A stretch of DNA of 62,307 nt, the filler included. It is 4 parts of 4 records of this genome, joined end to end, with 100 filler letters (N's around TTAATTAATTAA, not from the genome) between each part and the next. Parts side by side here need not be neighbours in the genome. Positions count along the whole stretch, not along the records: positions 27,468 to 45,773 come from DRR723986_4961; positions 45,874 to 55,705 come from DRR723986_4965; 2 more parts are not named here. The stretch is one strand, 5' to 3'. The notes beneath the pieces are model-generated. The model saw only the letters and a list, made by a program, of their open reading frames with translations, made no database searches and had not been told where the DNA came from. How positions within the stretch are numbered: position 1 is the stretch's first letter; each line of letters starts with the position of its first letter. Both the position numbers and the translations under genes were made by a program. Positions 37,128-46,924 of this stretch are shown here, one piece after another.

Positions 37128-39182
37128 TTAGAAGTTGAGCAGAGCTGTTAACCTCGCTGAGATTTCATCGGCACCGGGAACAACAACGGCCATGAGGTCC
37201 GGATTGTACGGAATTGGGATGTCCGGCGTTGCGATGCGCTCCACCGGTGCGTCCAGATCGCCGAAGGTTTCCTGTGCCACTGTTGCCGCAACTTCGCCGC
37301 CAAAGCCGCAGGTCCAGTTGTCTTCATGCACAACCATGCAGCGATTTGTCTTGCGTACGGATTGCAGCACGGCTTCGCGGTCCCAGGGAACCAGCGTGCG
37401 CAAGTCAATGATTTCGACGTCGGCACCCAGTTTTTCGACGACCTTCTCACAGCGCGAAACCATTTCGCCCCAGGCAACGATCGTGGCTTTTGTGCCTTCG
37501 CGAGCGATACGGGCTTTGCCAAATGGCACCACGTAATCATCACCCGGCCAGGGAGTACGACCTGGAGAGGTGTCCAGGAGTGCCCGATGTTCCAGGAAAA
37601 TTGTGGGGTCGTTGCCGCGCAGAGCCGAACGCAGGAGGCCGGCAGCATCACTGGCATTGGCCGGCATTGCGATTCTCCAGCCAAGCGTATGTGCAAAGAT
37701 TGCTTCGCCGCTGACGCTGTGCCACGGATCGCCTGTACGTTTTCCGGTACCTACCGGAATGCGGATGACCATCGGTGCAGCAAAGGCATTATTGGAACGC
37801 CAGCGAATTGTACCGCAGTCGTTAATCTGCTCGGTTGCCGGGTCAGCATATTTGCGGAACTGAATTTCAGGGACAGGTACCAGCCCGGCCATGGACATGC
37901 CGACGGCACGCCCAATAATTCCCTCTTCGGAGAGCGAAGTGTCGAACACACGACCGTCGCCAAACTTGTTATTTAAGTCAATAGTCGCACCGTGGACACC
38001 GCCTTTGGGGCCGACGTCTTCGCCAAAAACAAGCACGCGGTCGTTTTTAGCGAGCTCTACATCGAGGGTGCGGCGAATCGCGTCAACCATGTTTACACGG
38101 CGCTTGTCTTCCACAGTTTGCATGTGGCTGCTTTTGGGCGGATTGACACCTTCGGCAAGCATTCCGCCAACAGCCTGCGCATTTTTGCCGTCGCAGAACA
38201 TGTAGAGTTTAGCGCTTGCCGGATCCGGCGAGCCTTCGGCGAGGCACTCCTGGGCAACTTTGGCAACTTCGGCTTTGATTTCGGCTTCCAGTTCGGCCCA
38301 GCGCGTTTTGCTTAGGTAGCGACGGCGCGCCATGAATGCTTCCAGGTGCAGCAGTGGATCGCGGCTGCGGTCTTCCTTGAGTTGCGCTTCGCTTTTATAG
38401 GATTGGTTGTCGTCAAATGAGTGACCACAGATTCGTGGAACGCGCGCGCGCAGGAGCACCGGTCCTTTGCCTTCACGAGCGTGTTTGACGGCTTTCTCAA
38501 TTCCATTTGATGCTTCTTTGGGATCGGTACCGTCAACGTCGATGATTTGCAGACCGTTAAACGCGGCCAGGTTGGCAGCGATGTTGCCACCCGGAGTTTG
38601 CAGGTGACTGCCGACGGAAATCCCGAGACCGTTGTCTTCGATAAAGAAGATGTATGGCAGGCCAAGTGTTGTCGCAATATTCAGCGAAGCCCAGAAGCCG
38701 TTGGTAGCAGTAGCGCCGTCACCGGCCAAGGCTACGCCGAGTGCGCCTTGCCAAGCTTCCTCTTGCATGACGTTGCTGCGATAGTCTACGGCCTGCGCCC
38801 AGCCGACGGCTGGTGTAAACTGCGCGCCAACATCGCCGCTGGCGGGCATAATTGTTACTCCATGGCGTGGGGTCAGGTTGTGCACCACACCAATATCACG
38901 GCCACCGTTGCGGCTGGACTTGCTGCCCAGCGGCCCGGCCAACGCTTCTTTAATTGTCATACCGGCAGCCAGAACAAATGGTCTGGAGCGATAGTACACC
39001 GAAGCACCGTCGTGTTTGTGACGCAGCTGTAATCCTAGCAGGATTTGGGCCAGTTCATGCCCGCGTGCTGAAAACTGATACGTAATTTTACCGGCCGGTC
39101 GTAGTTCTTCTTCTTCAATCAAATCAATGTGACGCGACGTCAGAGCCAGTCGCGCAACTTCGATCCAGTCATTCTTGGTCAT
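37128..39182 (-). CDS. Fused alpha/beta 2-oxoacid dehydrogenase E1 (branched-chain type probable)
   Basis: TPP motif GDGA...N...EDN, and beta-subunit motifs FGEDVG.KGGV, FDTSLSEEGI, PEIQF and IIDLRTL.PWD. Confidence 0.92.
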   Translation of the reverse strand: MTKNDWIEVARLALTSRHIDLIEEEELRPAGKITYQFSARGHELAQILLGLQLRHKHDGASVYYRSRPFVLAAGMTIKEALAGPLGSKSSRNGGRDIGVVHNLTPRHGVTIMPASGDVGAQFTPAVGWAQAVDYRSNVMQEEAWQGALGVALAGDGATATNGFWASLNIATTLGLPYIFFIEDNGLGISVGSHLQTPGGNIAANLAAFNGLQIIDVDGTDPKEASNGIEKAVKHAREGKGPVLLRARVPRICGHSFDDNQSYKSEAQLKEDRSRDPLLHLEAFMARRRYLSKTRWAELEAEIKAEVAKVAQECLAEGSPDPASAKLYMFCDGKNAQAVGGMLAEGVNPPKSSHMQTVEDKRRVNMVDAIRRTLDVELAKNDRVLVFGEDVGPKGGVHGATIDLNNKFGDGRVFDTSLSEEGIIGRAVGMSMAGLVPVPEIQFRKYADPATEQINDCGTIRWRSNNAFAAPMVIRIPVGTGKRTGDPWHSVSGEAIFAHTLGWRIAMPANASDAAGLLRSALRGNDPTIFLEHRALLDTSPGRTPWPGDDYVVPFGKARIAREGTKATIVAWGEMVSRCEKVVEKLGADVEIIDLRTLVPWDREAVLQSVRKTNRCMVVHEDNWTCGFGGEVAATVAQETFGDLDAPVERIATPDIPIPYNPDLMAVVVPGADEISARLTALLNF

Positions 39183-39474
39183 GGAATGCCCTTCGTTCCA
39201 AAAGATCACATCAAAGACAGGCGACGGACATTTTGTACATGCCTGCAGTCCGGCCTTCACGCCACGGAAGACCGCTAAAAATGCAAAGTTACGGCTGCAG
39301 CGCCTAAGTTCATAACTTTCAGCGCGTTTCGGGCCGATTCGCGCCAGAAATTGAAGCGCAAATCCACTTGTGATTGGCGGCTAATATTCGCCACAGCCTG
39401 CCCCATCGGTCTTTTCAACCCCACTTTTGGCCACTATTAGAGCGCATTTAACCGGCGCGGCAGCCTTTTAAAAT

Positions 39475-39491
39475 TTGGCACGCCCTTTGAT
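39475..39491 (+). promoter_or_regulatory. Sigma54-like -24/-12 promoter of the flagellar operon
   Basis: TTGGCACGCCCTTTGAT fits TGGCAC-N5-TTG, with A instead of the consensus C at -12. Confidence 0.6.
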
Positions 39492-39501
39492 GATAGGCAG
39501 C

Positions 39502-39993
39502 ATGGCCCAACACTCACATAAGCGACCGATCCGCGAACGCGCCGTTGCACTGAAGTACGACGCAGATGGTGATGCCGCTCCGCGAGTTACGGCCAAAGGC
39601 AGTGGAGCCCTGGCACGCAAAATCCTTGAATTGGCCCGCGATGGTCAGGTGCCGGTTCGCTCAGATCCGGATTTGCTGGAGCTCCTCTCTTCCATCGATG
39701 TAATGGAAGAGATTCCGCCGGACCTTTATGAGGTCGTAGCCGAAGTTCTCGCCTTCGTCTACAACGTTAACGAAAAACAGGCCGGAAGCGGCATGCCGGG
39801 TCCACAGTTGGAAGACTCAACGGCAAGTATGCTAGAACGCGTTGCCGACCGAGTGGACATAAATCAAGGCACACAAGCGAGTGCGCCTGAGGACGAGGAT
39901 TCAGAAGATGCTGTGAGACATGACTCACGAGGACCGGCTGACAACTCCAGGTCCAAATCCGCAGAACGGCCGTCGGACCATAGACAAGTGTGA
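39502..39993 (+). CDS. FlhB C-terminal-like protein (EscU/YscU/HrcU family) with an acidic tail
   Basis: AVALKY....APRVTAKG.G..A..I..LA....VP and EEIPPDLYEVVAEVLAFVY. Confidence 0.9.
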   Translation: MAQHSHKRPIRERAVALKYDADGDAAPRVTAKGSGALARKILELARDGQVPVRSDPDLLELLSSIDVMEEIPPDLYEVVAEVLAFVYNVNEKQAGSGMPGPQLEDSTASMLERVADRVDINQGTQASAPEDEDSEDAVRHDSRGPADNSRSKSAERPSDHRQV

Positions 39994-40040
39994 TTGAATT
40001 TGTGGCTTAGTGACCAGGTTAAACTGGCAGGAGCAGGACA

Positions 40041-40817
40041 ATGATCAAAGAAATTTATACCGCAGCGATTGGCATGATGCCGGAGCAAACACGCCTGGAA
40101 GTGACCGCGAATAATATCGCGAATGCCAATACCACCGGCTTTAAGCGCGAAGGAGTTTTCCAGCGCCGCCTGCTCGAAGCCAAATTTAACATGCACGGTA
40201 TTCAGGGTGACATTGAACAGAGTGACCCGCTCAGCCAGAAGCACACAGACATGACAAATGGCACGTTTGAAAAAACTGATAATCCATTTGACCTGGCATT
40301 AAACAACCGCGGCTTTTTTACGGTAATGAATCCCGAAGGCGAAGAGCTGTTAACCCGCGCCGGACGTTATACACTTGCCGATGACGGCACAATAACCAGT
40401 CCGCAGGGCTTCCCTCTCCTGGGCGAAAACGGCACACTTGTGGTTCCGCAAAATTTGATTCAGAGTCATGAACTAGACATGGCTGAGCCAATCAAATTGG
40501 TGGTTGGTGAACAAGGTGAACTGTTTGCCAATGAAGAACGCATCGGCCGGCTGCAAATTCTGGATGCTGAAAATCTGCAGACTCTGGAACGTGTTTCAAA
40601 TACGCATTTCAGACCGCGTGCCGAGACAATTCTAAGTTCCGTGCCCGCCAATGAGCTGCAGGTTAAACAAGGTTATATCGAAGTTTCCAATGTTGACATC
40701 GTTGAAGAAATGGTGGCAATGATTCAGACGCAACGTTCATTCGAGCTGGGTAACAAAGTTATTAAGACCAATGATGACACAATCGACCGCAGTATTGAAA
40801 TCGGACGTGTGATCTAA
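40041..40817 (+). CDS. flgF: Flagellar basal-body rod protein FlgF
   Basis: ANNIANANTTGFK, NPFDLAL...GFF, TRAG and SNVDIVEEMVAMI. Precedes flgG. Confidence 0.9.
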   Translation: MIKEIYTAAIGMMPEQTRLEVTANNIANANTTGFKREGVFQRRLLEAKFNMHGIQGDIEQSDPLSQKHTDMTNGTFEKTDNPFDLALNNRGFFTVMNPEGEELLTRAGRYTLADDGTITSPQGFPLLGENGTLVVPQNLIQSHELDMAEPIKLVVGEQGELFANEERIGRLQILDAENLQTLERVSNTHFRPRAETILSSVPANELQVKQGYIEVSNVDIVEEMVAMIQTQRSFELGNKVIKTNDDTIDRSIEIGRVI

Positions 40818-40828
40818 GGGAGGACTCT

Positions 40829-41620
40829 ATGGATAAAACACTGCATACAGCTGCCACTGGGCTCTCCGCGCAGCAACGATACGTTGAGATTATCGCCAAT
40901 AACCTGGCGAATGCCAACACGACTTCGTTTAAGAAAATTCGTCCGGAGTTTCAGGATCTTCTGTATGAAAACCTGAAACCTGCGGGAAACACACGCTTCT
41001 TTGGCAACGACCCCAGCGGCGAAGTCCAGATTGGTGGTGGAACTGAGCTGGTTGGCACGGCACGGCATCACAAACAGGGTGATGTGGAAGGCACGGAAAA
41101 TCCATTTGACATGGCGATAAACGGCGAAGGGTTTTTCATCATCCGCCGCCCTGACAACAGCTTCGCCTATTCGCGTGACGGCTCTTTCCAGATTGACCGC
41201 AACGGCCAGATGGTAACTAACCAGGGTTATGTCCTGGAACCTGGAATTATTATTCCGGATGATGCCGTCCAGGTTGACATTTCACGCGATGGCGTGATTT
41301 CGGTTTATACCGAAGGCAGTGTGGAACCGGACGTGGTTGGACAGTTTGAGTTGGCGCGTTTCATCAACCCCGCCGGCCTGCGTGCATTGGGTGAAAATCT
41401 CTATGTAGAAACGACCGCTTCGGGCCAGGCACAATTTGAGCAGCCGGGACTTAACAATACTGGAATGATTCTACAGGCACACCTGGAAAATTCCAACGTC
41501 GATCTCGTGGAAGAGATGGTTGGGATGATCATGGCACAGCGTGCATTTGAGCTCAACTCCAAGTCCGTAAAGACTGCCGAAGAAATGCTGCAAACCGCAA
41601 CAAATCTCAAACGCGGATAA
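40829..41620 (+). CDS. flgG: Flagellar distal rod protein FlgG
   Basis: ANNLANANT.SFKK...FQDLLY, F.NPAGL...GENLY..T.ASG and EEMV.MI.AQRAFE.NSK. Confidence 0.95.
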   Translation: MDKTLHTAATGLSAQQRYVEIIANNLANANTTSFKKIRPEFQDLLYENLKPAGNTRFFGNDPSGEVQIGGGTELVGTARHHKQGDVEGTENPFDMAINGEGFFIIRRPDNSFAYSRDGSFQIDRNGQMVTNQGYVLEPGIIIPDDAVQVDISRDGVISVYTEGSVEPDVVGQFELARFINPAGLRALGENLYVETTASGQAQFEQPGLNNTGMILQAHLENSNVDLVEEMVGMIMAQRAFELNSKSVKTAEEMLQTATNLKRG

Positions 41621-41660
41621 TTTGATTAACGCAAGCAAATCCTGAAAAGGACTCTGCCAT

Positions 41661-42560
41661 ATGATGGCCTACCCTAAACACGCAAACGTTCCTCCGCTCG
41701 AACATCATTCCAGCCTGCGTCAAAAACGCCGCGAGCGAAACAGTGTTGAGCCGACCGCTTTGCGTCTGCAGACATTTAACAGCAGCACAGTAACTGATGC
41801 TGCCGCTGCGCAAAAATCGGATGCAGATTCGACCAAAAGTGCTGCTAACGCGCACGCACGTAAACGCACGCCGATTATCTCGGGACTCGCATTCCTGAGT
41901 CTCCTGCTCATGGGCATCACGCCATTGCAGGCTTCTGTTAGTTTTTCGGCCGATAGAATCGAGAAAGCCGCAGAGAACTTCCTGCGCAAGGCGGTTGGAC
42001 CCGAAAGTGAAATTGAATCTCTCGGATCAGTTGTTGATCAGCATTTTGAGCAGGAACAAGTTGTGGCACGCCTCAGCAGCGGTGTTGACCGTCGCTCCAG
42101 CGTGCGCAATGTCCTGGTAGAATTTGTGCATGATGAAACCGTATTGCGCCAGGTAATGCTGCCCTTCCGGGTTAAACAATTTATTCTGGTGCCGTCGGCT
42201 GCACAAAACCTGCAACAGGGACATCTCCTGCAACGCAGTGACATTGTTCTTAAGCGTTGTGAGGCGCATGCCGCACCGCGCCAAATCGCAGAAATAGACG
42301 ATCTGGTTGGGCGCAAGTTAAACTCAGATATTCGCTCAGGGCAATTCCTGGATACACAAATCGCAATGAACGCCAATGGAATTGTGCGCGGTCAGGACGT
42401 TATCCTGATTGTTAAACGCGGAAGCATCGAAGTCCGAACACGCGGACGCGCTTTAGCCGATGCGGCTCCCGGCCAGACTGTACGAGTCGTGCGCCAGGGA
42501 ACACGTGATCCGATTGTCACTCGTGCGCGCGGCGGCGGGATCGTAGAGCTCATTCTGTAA
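41661..42560 (+). CDS. flgA: P-ring assembly chaperone FlgA
   Basis: C-terminal IVRGQDV......GSIEVRTRGRALADA..GQTVRV. Lies between flgG and flgH. Start uncertain. Confidence 0.85.
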   Translation: MMAYPKHANVPPLEHHSSLRQKRRERNSVEPTALRLQTFNSSTVTDAAAAQKSDADSTKSAANAHARKRTPIISGLAFLSLLLMGITPLQASVSFSADRIEKAAENFLRKAVGPESEIESLGSVVDQHFEQEQVVARLSSGVDRRSSVRNVLVEFVHDETVLRQVMLPFRVKQFILVPSAAQNLQQGHLLQRSDIVLKRCEAHAAPRQIAEIDDLVGRKLNSDIRSGQFLDTQIAMNANGIVRGQDVILIVKRGSIEVRTRGRALADAAPGQTVRVVRQGTRDPIVTRARGGGIVELIL

Positions 42561-42597
42561 AAATATTGGCAAAAAACACTAGATAGTGGACTTCACT

Positions 42598-43179
42598 ATG
42601 CGACTCAAAAATATTTGCATCTGTTTAATTCTCGGTCTCCTCTGCTGCGCTGCTGAATTGCAGGCGCAGTTTGACCAGAACGTCAGGCGCTCGCTCTTTA
42701 GTGACCGCAAGGCCCTGCAGATGGGTGACGCTGTTACGATCTTTATCAGCGAAGACATCCGCGCCAATAACTCAGCGACGACCACCGAGTCCTCAGACAC
42801 GGATATGGGCGCTGGTTTGGATTTAGGAACCGGCGGCACACCTACCAATATTGATGTTGGCGTGGGTAGCAGTAATGATTTCCGCGGTCGCGGACAATCT
42901 ACACGCAACGAAAGTTTCCGTGCGCGCCTTAGCGCCCGTGTTATCGCTGTAGATCCTAGTGGAAACCTGCAGATTGAAGGTACCCGTACTACCACAATCA
43001 ACAACGAAACACAGAAAATTGTGATTACCGGCTTCGTCCGCCCGGAAGATATCCGGCCGGACAACAGCGTCTTTTCCTATAATATTTCCGAGTTAACACT
43101 TGTGTACGAAGGTGACGGAAATATTACCAAGGCGCAGGAACCAGGACTGATTACCAAATTCCTGCGCATGCTGTTTTAA
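42598..43179 (+). CDS. flgH: Flagellar L-ring protein FlgH
   Basis: SLFSDRKA..GD.VTI.I.E, GNLQIEG.R....N.E and G.VRPEDI..DNSV.S. Confidence 0.95.
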   Translation: MRLKNICICLILGLLCCAAELQAQFDQNVRRSLFSDRKALQMGDAVTIFISEDIRANNSATTTESSDTDMGAGLDLGTGGTPTNIDVGVGSSNDFRGRGQSTRNESFRARLSARVIAVDPSGNLQIEGTRTTTINNETQKIVITGFVRPEDIRPDNSVFSYNISELTLVYEGDGNITKAQEPGLITKFLRMLF

Positions 43180-43238
43180 CTCGTCGTTTCATGTTGTTTA
43201 ACAGGCTCAAAACCATGCAAACGCACAGAGGTCTCACA

Positions 43239-44366
43239 ATGTTTAATCGTCGCATCAACATAAACATCAGTGCTCTGGTCTGTCTGGCGCTCCTCTCGAT
43301 TATGACACTGCCGGGAGACCTTTCGGCTGCACGCATCAAAGACATTGCCAATATTGATGGCGTCAGCGGTGTGCAGGTGATTGGTTATGGTTTGATAACC
43401 GGACTAAACAGCACGGGTGATACACCGCGGTCAACCTTCACGGTCCAGTCCGTGACAAGTATGTTAAAACGTTTTGGCATCACGGTTCCACAAACGAATC
43501 TGCGCACACGCAATGTGGCGGCCGTGATGGTTACGGCTGTGGTTCCGCCCTACCTCAAGCCCGGCGCCAAATTTGACGTCCAGGTTTCTTCCATGGGTGA
43601 TGCGCGCTCGCTGCAAGGCGGAGTGCTTCTGATGACGCCGCTTTCTTCGAGTTTTAACGACGCGGTTTACGGCATGGCACAGGGTGCCGTTTCGGTTGGT
43701 GGATATCAATTTGAGGCCAGTGGCTCCAGCGTCGGCAGGAACCACACGGCTTCCGGTCGTGTGCCCAGCGGCGGTTTGCTCGAACGCGAAACTCCGCGCA
43801 TGTCGGATACGAGTTCCGTAACAATTCAGCTAAATCAACCGGACTACACACTCGCCTCCCGCGTAGCCGAAGCCATCCGTTCGCAGGCCGGAATTGACGG
43901 GACGGTGCAGGCGCTCGACGCCGGAACCGTTCAGGTGCAATTCTCAAGCCCACTCGAACGCGACGTGTTAACAGCGGCAATTGCGCGAATCGAAGCGCTT
44001 GACGTTACGCCCGATCCGGCAGCCAAAGTGATTATCAACGAACGCACCGGCACAATTGTAATCGGTGGAGCTGTGACGCTGCAAACCGCAGTTGTTGCAC
44101 ATGGCAACCTGGAGATTCAGATTCAGAATCAGGCGCGCGTCTCCCAGCCACGTCCGTTTACATTTTCTGACAACCAACGTGTTGATAATGCAACATTAAC
44201 GGCATCGGAAGAAATTAACCCGGCCTCGGTTCTGCCCGAGACCAGTTCAGTTCAGGAAATGGCCGACGCACTTAACGCTTTGCGTGTTTCGCCGCGTGAC
44301 CTTATTGCAATTTTCCAGGCACTTAAACAATCGGGTGCTCTGCAGGCTGAGCTGGTGATCCAGTAA
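43239..44366 (+). CDS. flgI: Flagellar P-ring protein FlgI
   Basis: ARIKDIA, GYGL..GL..TGD, NVAAVMVTA, INERTGTIV.G and IFQALK..GAL.AEL. ATG 43239 follows GAGGT. Confidence 0.96.
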   Translation: MFNRRININISALVCLALLSIMTLPGDLSAARIKDIANIDGVSGVQVIGYGLITGLNSTGDTPRSTFTVQSVTSMLKRFGITVPQTNLRTRNVAAVMVTAVVPPYLKPGAKFDVQVSSMGDARSLQGGVLLMTPLSSSFNDAVYGMAQGAVSVGGYQFEASGSSVGRNHTASGRVPSGGLLERETPRMSDTSSVTIQLNQPDYTLASRVAEAIRSQAGIDGTVQALDAGTVQVQFSSPLERDVLTAAIARIEALDVTPDPAAKVIINERTGTIVIGGAVTLQTAVVAHGNLEIQIQNQARVSQPRPFTFSDNQRVDNATLTASEEINPASVLPETSSVQEMADALNALRVSPRDLIAIFQALKQSGALQAELVIQ

Positions 44367-44427
44367 GACTGCAGAATTCATGTAACAGATAATTAATTAA
44401 CAGATAACGCTCACATCGAGACACATT

Positions 44428-45492
44428 ATGTCGAGTGATTTTATGCCCATCGACTCCCCCGGCGCCGCAGACTTTGCAATGCCGCGTGTGGAGAGCTTAC
44501 GCCGCCAGGCCGCCAGTCTTGAGACCGGCAATCTTACGGACGAAGCCAAAACCGCCGAAATGCGCAAAGCCGCAGAGGGTTTTGAGTCGATTTTTGTGCA
44601 TATGCTGATGAAGTCTATGAAAACGGCAATGCTTGATGAGGAAGGCGGCGGCAGCGAAGGCGCACTTTCCTTTGGCGGAGCAGCTCTCGATGGATATGTT
44701 GACCTGCAATTTTCAGAATACGCCGCGGGCCAAGGTGGTTTTGGTCTGGCCGATCAAATTTTTGCGCAAATGAGCGGTGGCGGTCGTCTGCCGCTGCGCA
44801 CTCAAATGCAATCTCCAAACACGCAGTCGCCAAACAATGTTAATGTGCCAGTGCAGGCTTCCAACGAAGCTCAGGCCGCGCAGGCAGGCGAACAACTACA
44901 ACAGAATGACATGATACAAAATCTCATGACGTCCGCTGAAAGTGTGCTGGCCAATGTACAGGCAAGCAAAAATGGCAAGGCCGGCAGTGGCAATTCTTTT
45001 CTGGATCGTGTCATCGAGCGCATCCGCCCTTTTGAATCCGAAATTCAGCGCGCCTCTTCCGAGCATCGCGTTCCAACTTCACTTGTTAAAGCTGTTATCG
45101 CAGCGGAGTCAGCTGGTCAGTCCAATGCTGTTTCGCCGGCCGGTGCCAAGGGTTTAATGCAACTCATGGACGGCACAGCTGGTGACCTGGGGGTTAAAAA
45201 CCCATTTGATCCGGCAGCGAATATTTCCGGCGGAACTCAATACCTGAGCGAGATGCTCTCACGTTTTGAGGGCGATCAAACCAAAGCTCTCGCAGCCTAC
45301 AATGCCGGTCCCGGAACTGTTAACAAGTACAACGGCATGCCGCCTTATCCGGAAACGCAGGCCTATGTTAACAATGTACAGCGCTACAACGAACTCTTTG
45401 CAATTCTGGAAAATACAACTCTCCCCAACCCCGGACATTCAGGAGCGCAGCGCAACAGCCTGGCGGTCGAGTCAACTGGTTTTCCGCTTTAA
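44428..45492 (+). CDS. flgJ: FlgJ rod-binding domain fused to an SLT lytic transglycosylase
   Basis: N-terminal KAAEGFESIF...LMKSM...GFGLADQIF.Q. C-terminal AESAG, GAKGLMQLM, AYNAG and PPYPETQAYV. Confidence 0.88.
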   Translation: MSSDFMPIDSPGAADFAMPRVESLRRQAASLETGNLTDEAKTAEMRKAAEGFESIFVHMLMKSMKTAMLDEEGGGSEGALSFGGAALDGYVDLQFSEYAAGQGGFGLADQIFAQMSGGGRLPLRTQMQSPNTQSPNNVNVPVQASNEAQAAQAGEQLQQNDMIQNLMTSAESVLANVQASKNGKAGSGNSFLDRVIERIRPFESEIQRASSEHRVPTSLVKAVIAAESAGQSNAVSPAGAKGLMQLMDGTAGDLGVKNPFDPAANISGGTQYLSEMLSRFEGDQTKALAAYNAGPGTVNKYNGMPPYPETQAYVNNVQRYNELFAILENTTLPNPGHSGAQRNSLAVESTGFPL

Positions 45493-45773
45493 CATCTGAA
45501 TTAACATTTGCTTCAGATTTATGATTGCAGCGCCGCCTTCACGATGTTCGGCTGCTTGCTTTTTGAGGGTTATGTTAATTAATGCTGCAAAATCCGCAAA
45601 CAATTGAGAGTGCCTTAAGTTTAAGATTCGCTGAGTCACAAGTCCGCCGCGAGCGGCTCATTGTGTGATCCCAGAGCCCTCTAAACAACAAGTCGCTACG
45701 CCGCGCTACATACTTTTTTGGCCTGACACAGACTGAAGACTTAGGTTCTCTTTGAGAAGATCAATGGGTCCGC

Positions 45774-45873
45774 NNNNNNNNNNNNNNNNNNNNNNNNNNN
45801 NNNNNNNNNNNNNNNNNTTAATTAATTAANNNNNNNNNNNNNNNNNNNNNNNNNNNNNNNNNNNNNNNNNNNN
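45774..45873. other. Artificial contig linker
   Basis: N44-TTAATTAATTAA-N44. Confidence 0.99.
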
Positions 45874-46924
45874 AATGGCGGCGATGTTCCCGGTGATGCG
45901 CCGCCTTGGCATGGATTTCCGCGGCCTGTCGCAAACCGAAGATGCGATTGAAAGCTATGGTGCTGTTTGCATGCGGGCGGGGGTGACGACCGTCACCGAT
46001 CTATATTCGCAAATGGAAGACAGCGATCTGGCGGTGCTGCAGTCGGTGACGGGGCGCAGCAGCTATCCTGCGCGCCTGGTGCCGGTATTGGGGGTGGCGG
46101 GCGCCGATCCTGAAACCGCGGCCGCGCGCGCGCAGGCCTTGGCGCGGCAAGGCACCGACAAGCTGCGTTTGGGTGCGGTGAAATTGATGACCGATGGATC
46201 GATCCAAGGCTGGACCGCGCGGGTGAAATGGCCCGGCTATGTGGGTGGCCAGCCCAATGGCATCTGGAACATGGCCCCCGACGAGATCCGCCGCATGGTG
46301 GCCACGATGCAGGCGGCTGGCGTGCAGATGCATATCCACGTGAATGGCGATGAGGCCAGCGAAGTGGCGATTGACGCCATCGAAGAGGCCGCGCGCCACA
46401 GCCCCTGGGCGGGGGCGCGCCATGTGCTGCAACATTGCCAGATGATGGGGGCTGATCAATTCGCCCGCTGCGCCGAATTGGGCATTTGCACCAATATTTT
46501 CGCCAATCACATTTGGTATTTTGGCGATCAACACGCCGCGCTGACCATCGGCGAAGACCGGGCACAGCGCATGGATGGCTTGCGCGCGGCGCTGGATGCG
46601 GGCGTGCATGCCGCCATCCACAGCGATGCGCCGGTCACACCGCTTGCCCCCCTGTTCACCGCATGGTGCGCTGTCAACCGGCACACCATGTCGGGCCGGG
46701 TTTTGGGGGCTGCGCAATGTGTCAGCGTGGCCGAGGCGCTGCATGCCGTCACGCTGGGGGCGGCCTATACGCTGAAAATGGATGGCGAGGTGGGCAGTAT
46801 CGAGGCTGGCAAATGCGCCGATTTCGCCATTTTGGGCGACGATCCGCTGGCGGTGCCGGCCCAGGCGTTAAAGGATGTGCCGGTTTTGGGCACGGTTTTG
46901 GGCGGCGTGGTGCACCTGGCATGA
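45874..46924 (+). CDS. Amidohydrolase (YtcJ/Amidohydro_3-like), 5' end missing
   Basis: KLMTDGSIQG, HIHVNGD, HSDAPVTP and GSIEAGK.ADF.IL. Confidence 0.9.

Noticed and set aside
45493-45773. Sigma28 promoter or ncRNA after flgJ
   Set aside because: Only a weak TAAA-N14-GCCG match and no convincing structure.
46486-46920. N-terminal extension of the 444-aa COG0523 ORF
   Set aside because: Off-frame overlap with the amidohydrolase. The real start is ATG 46921.
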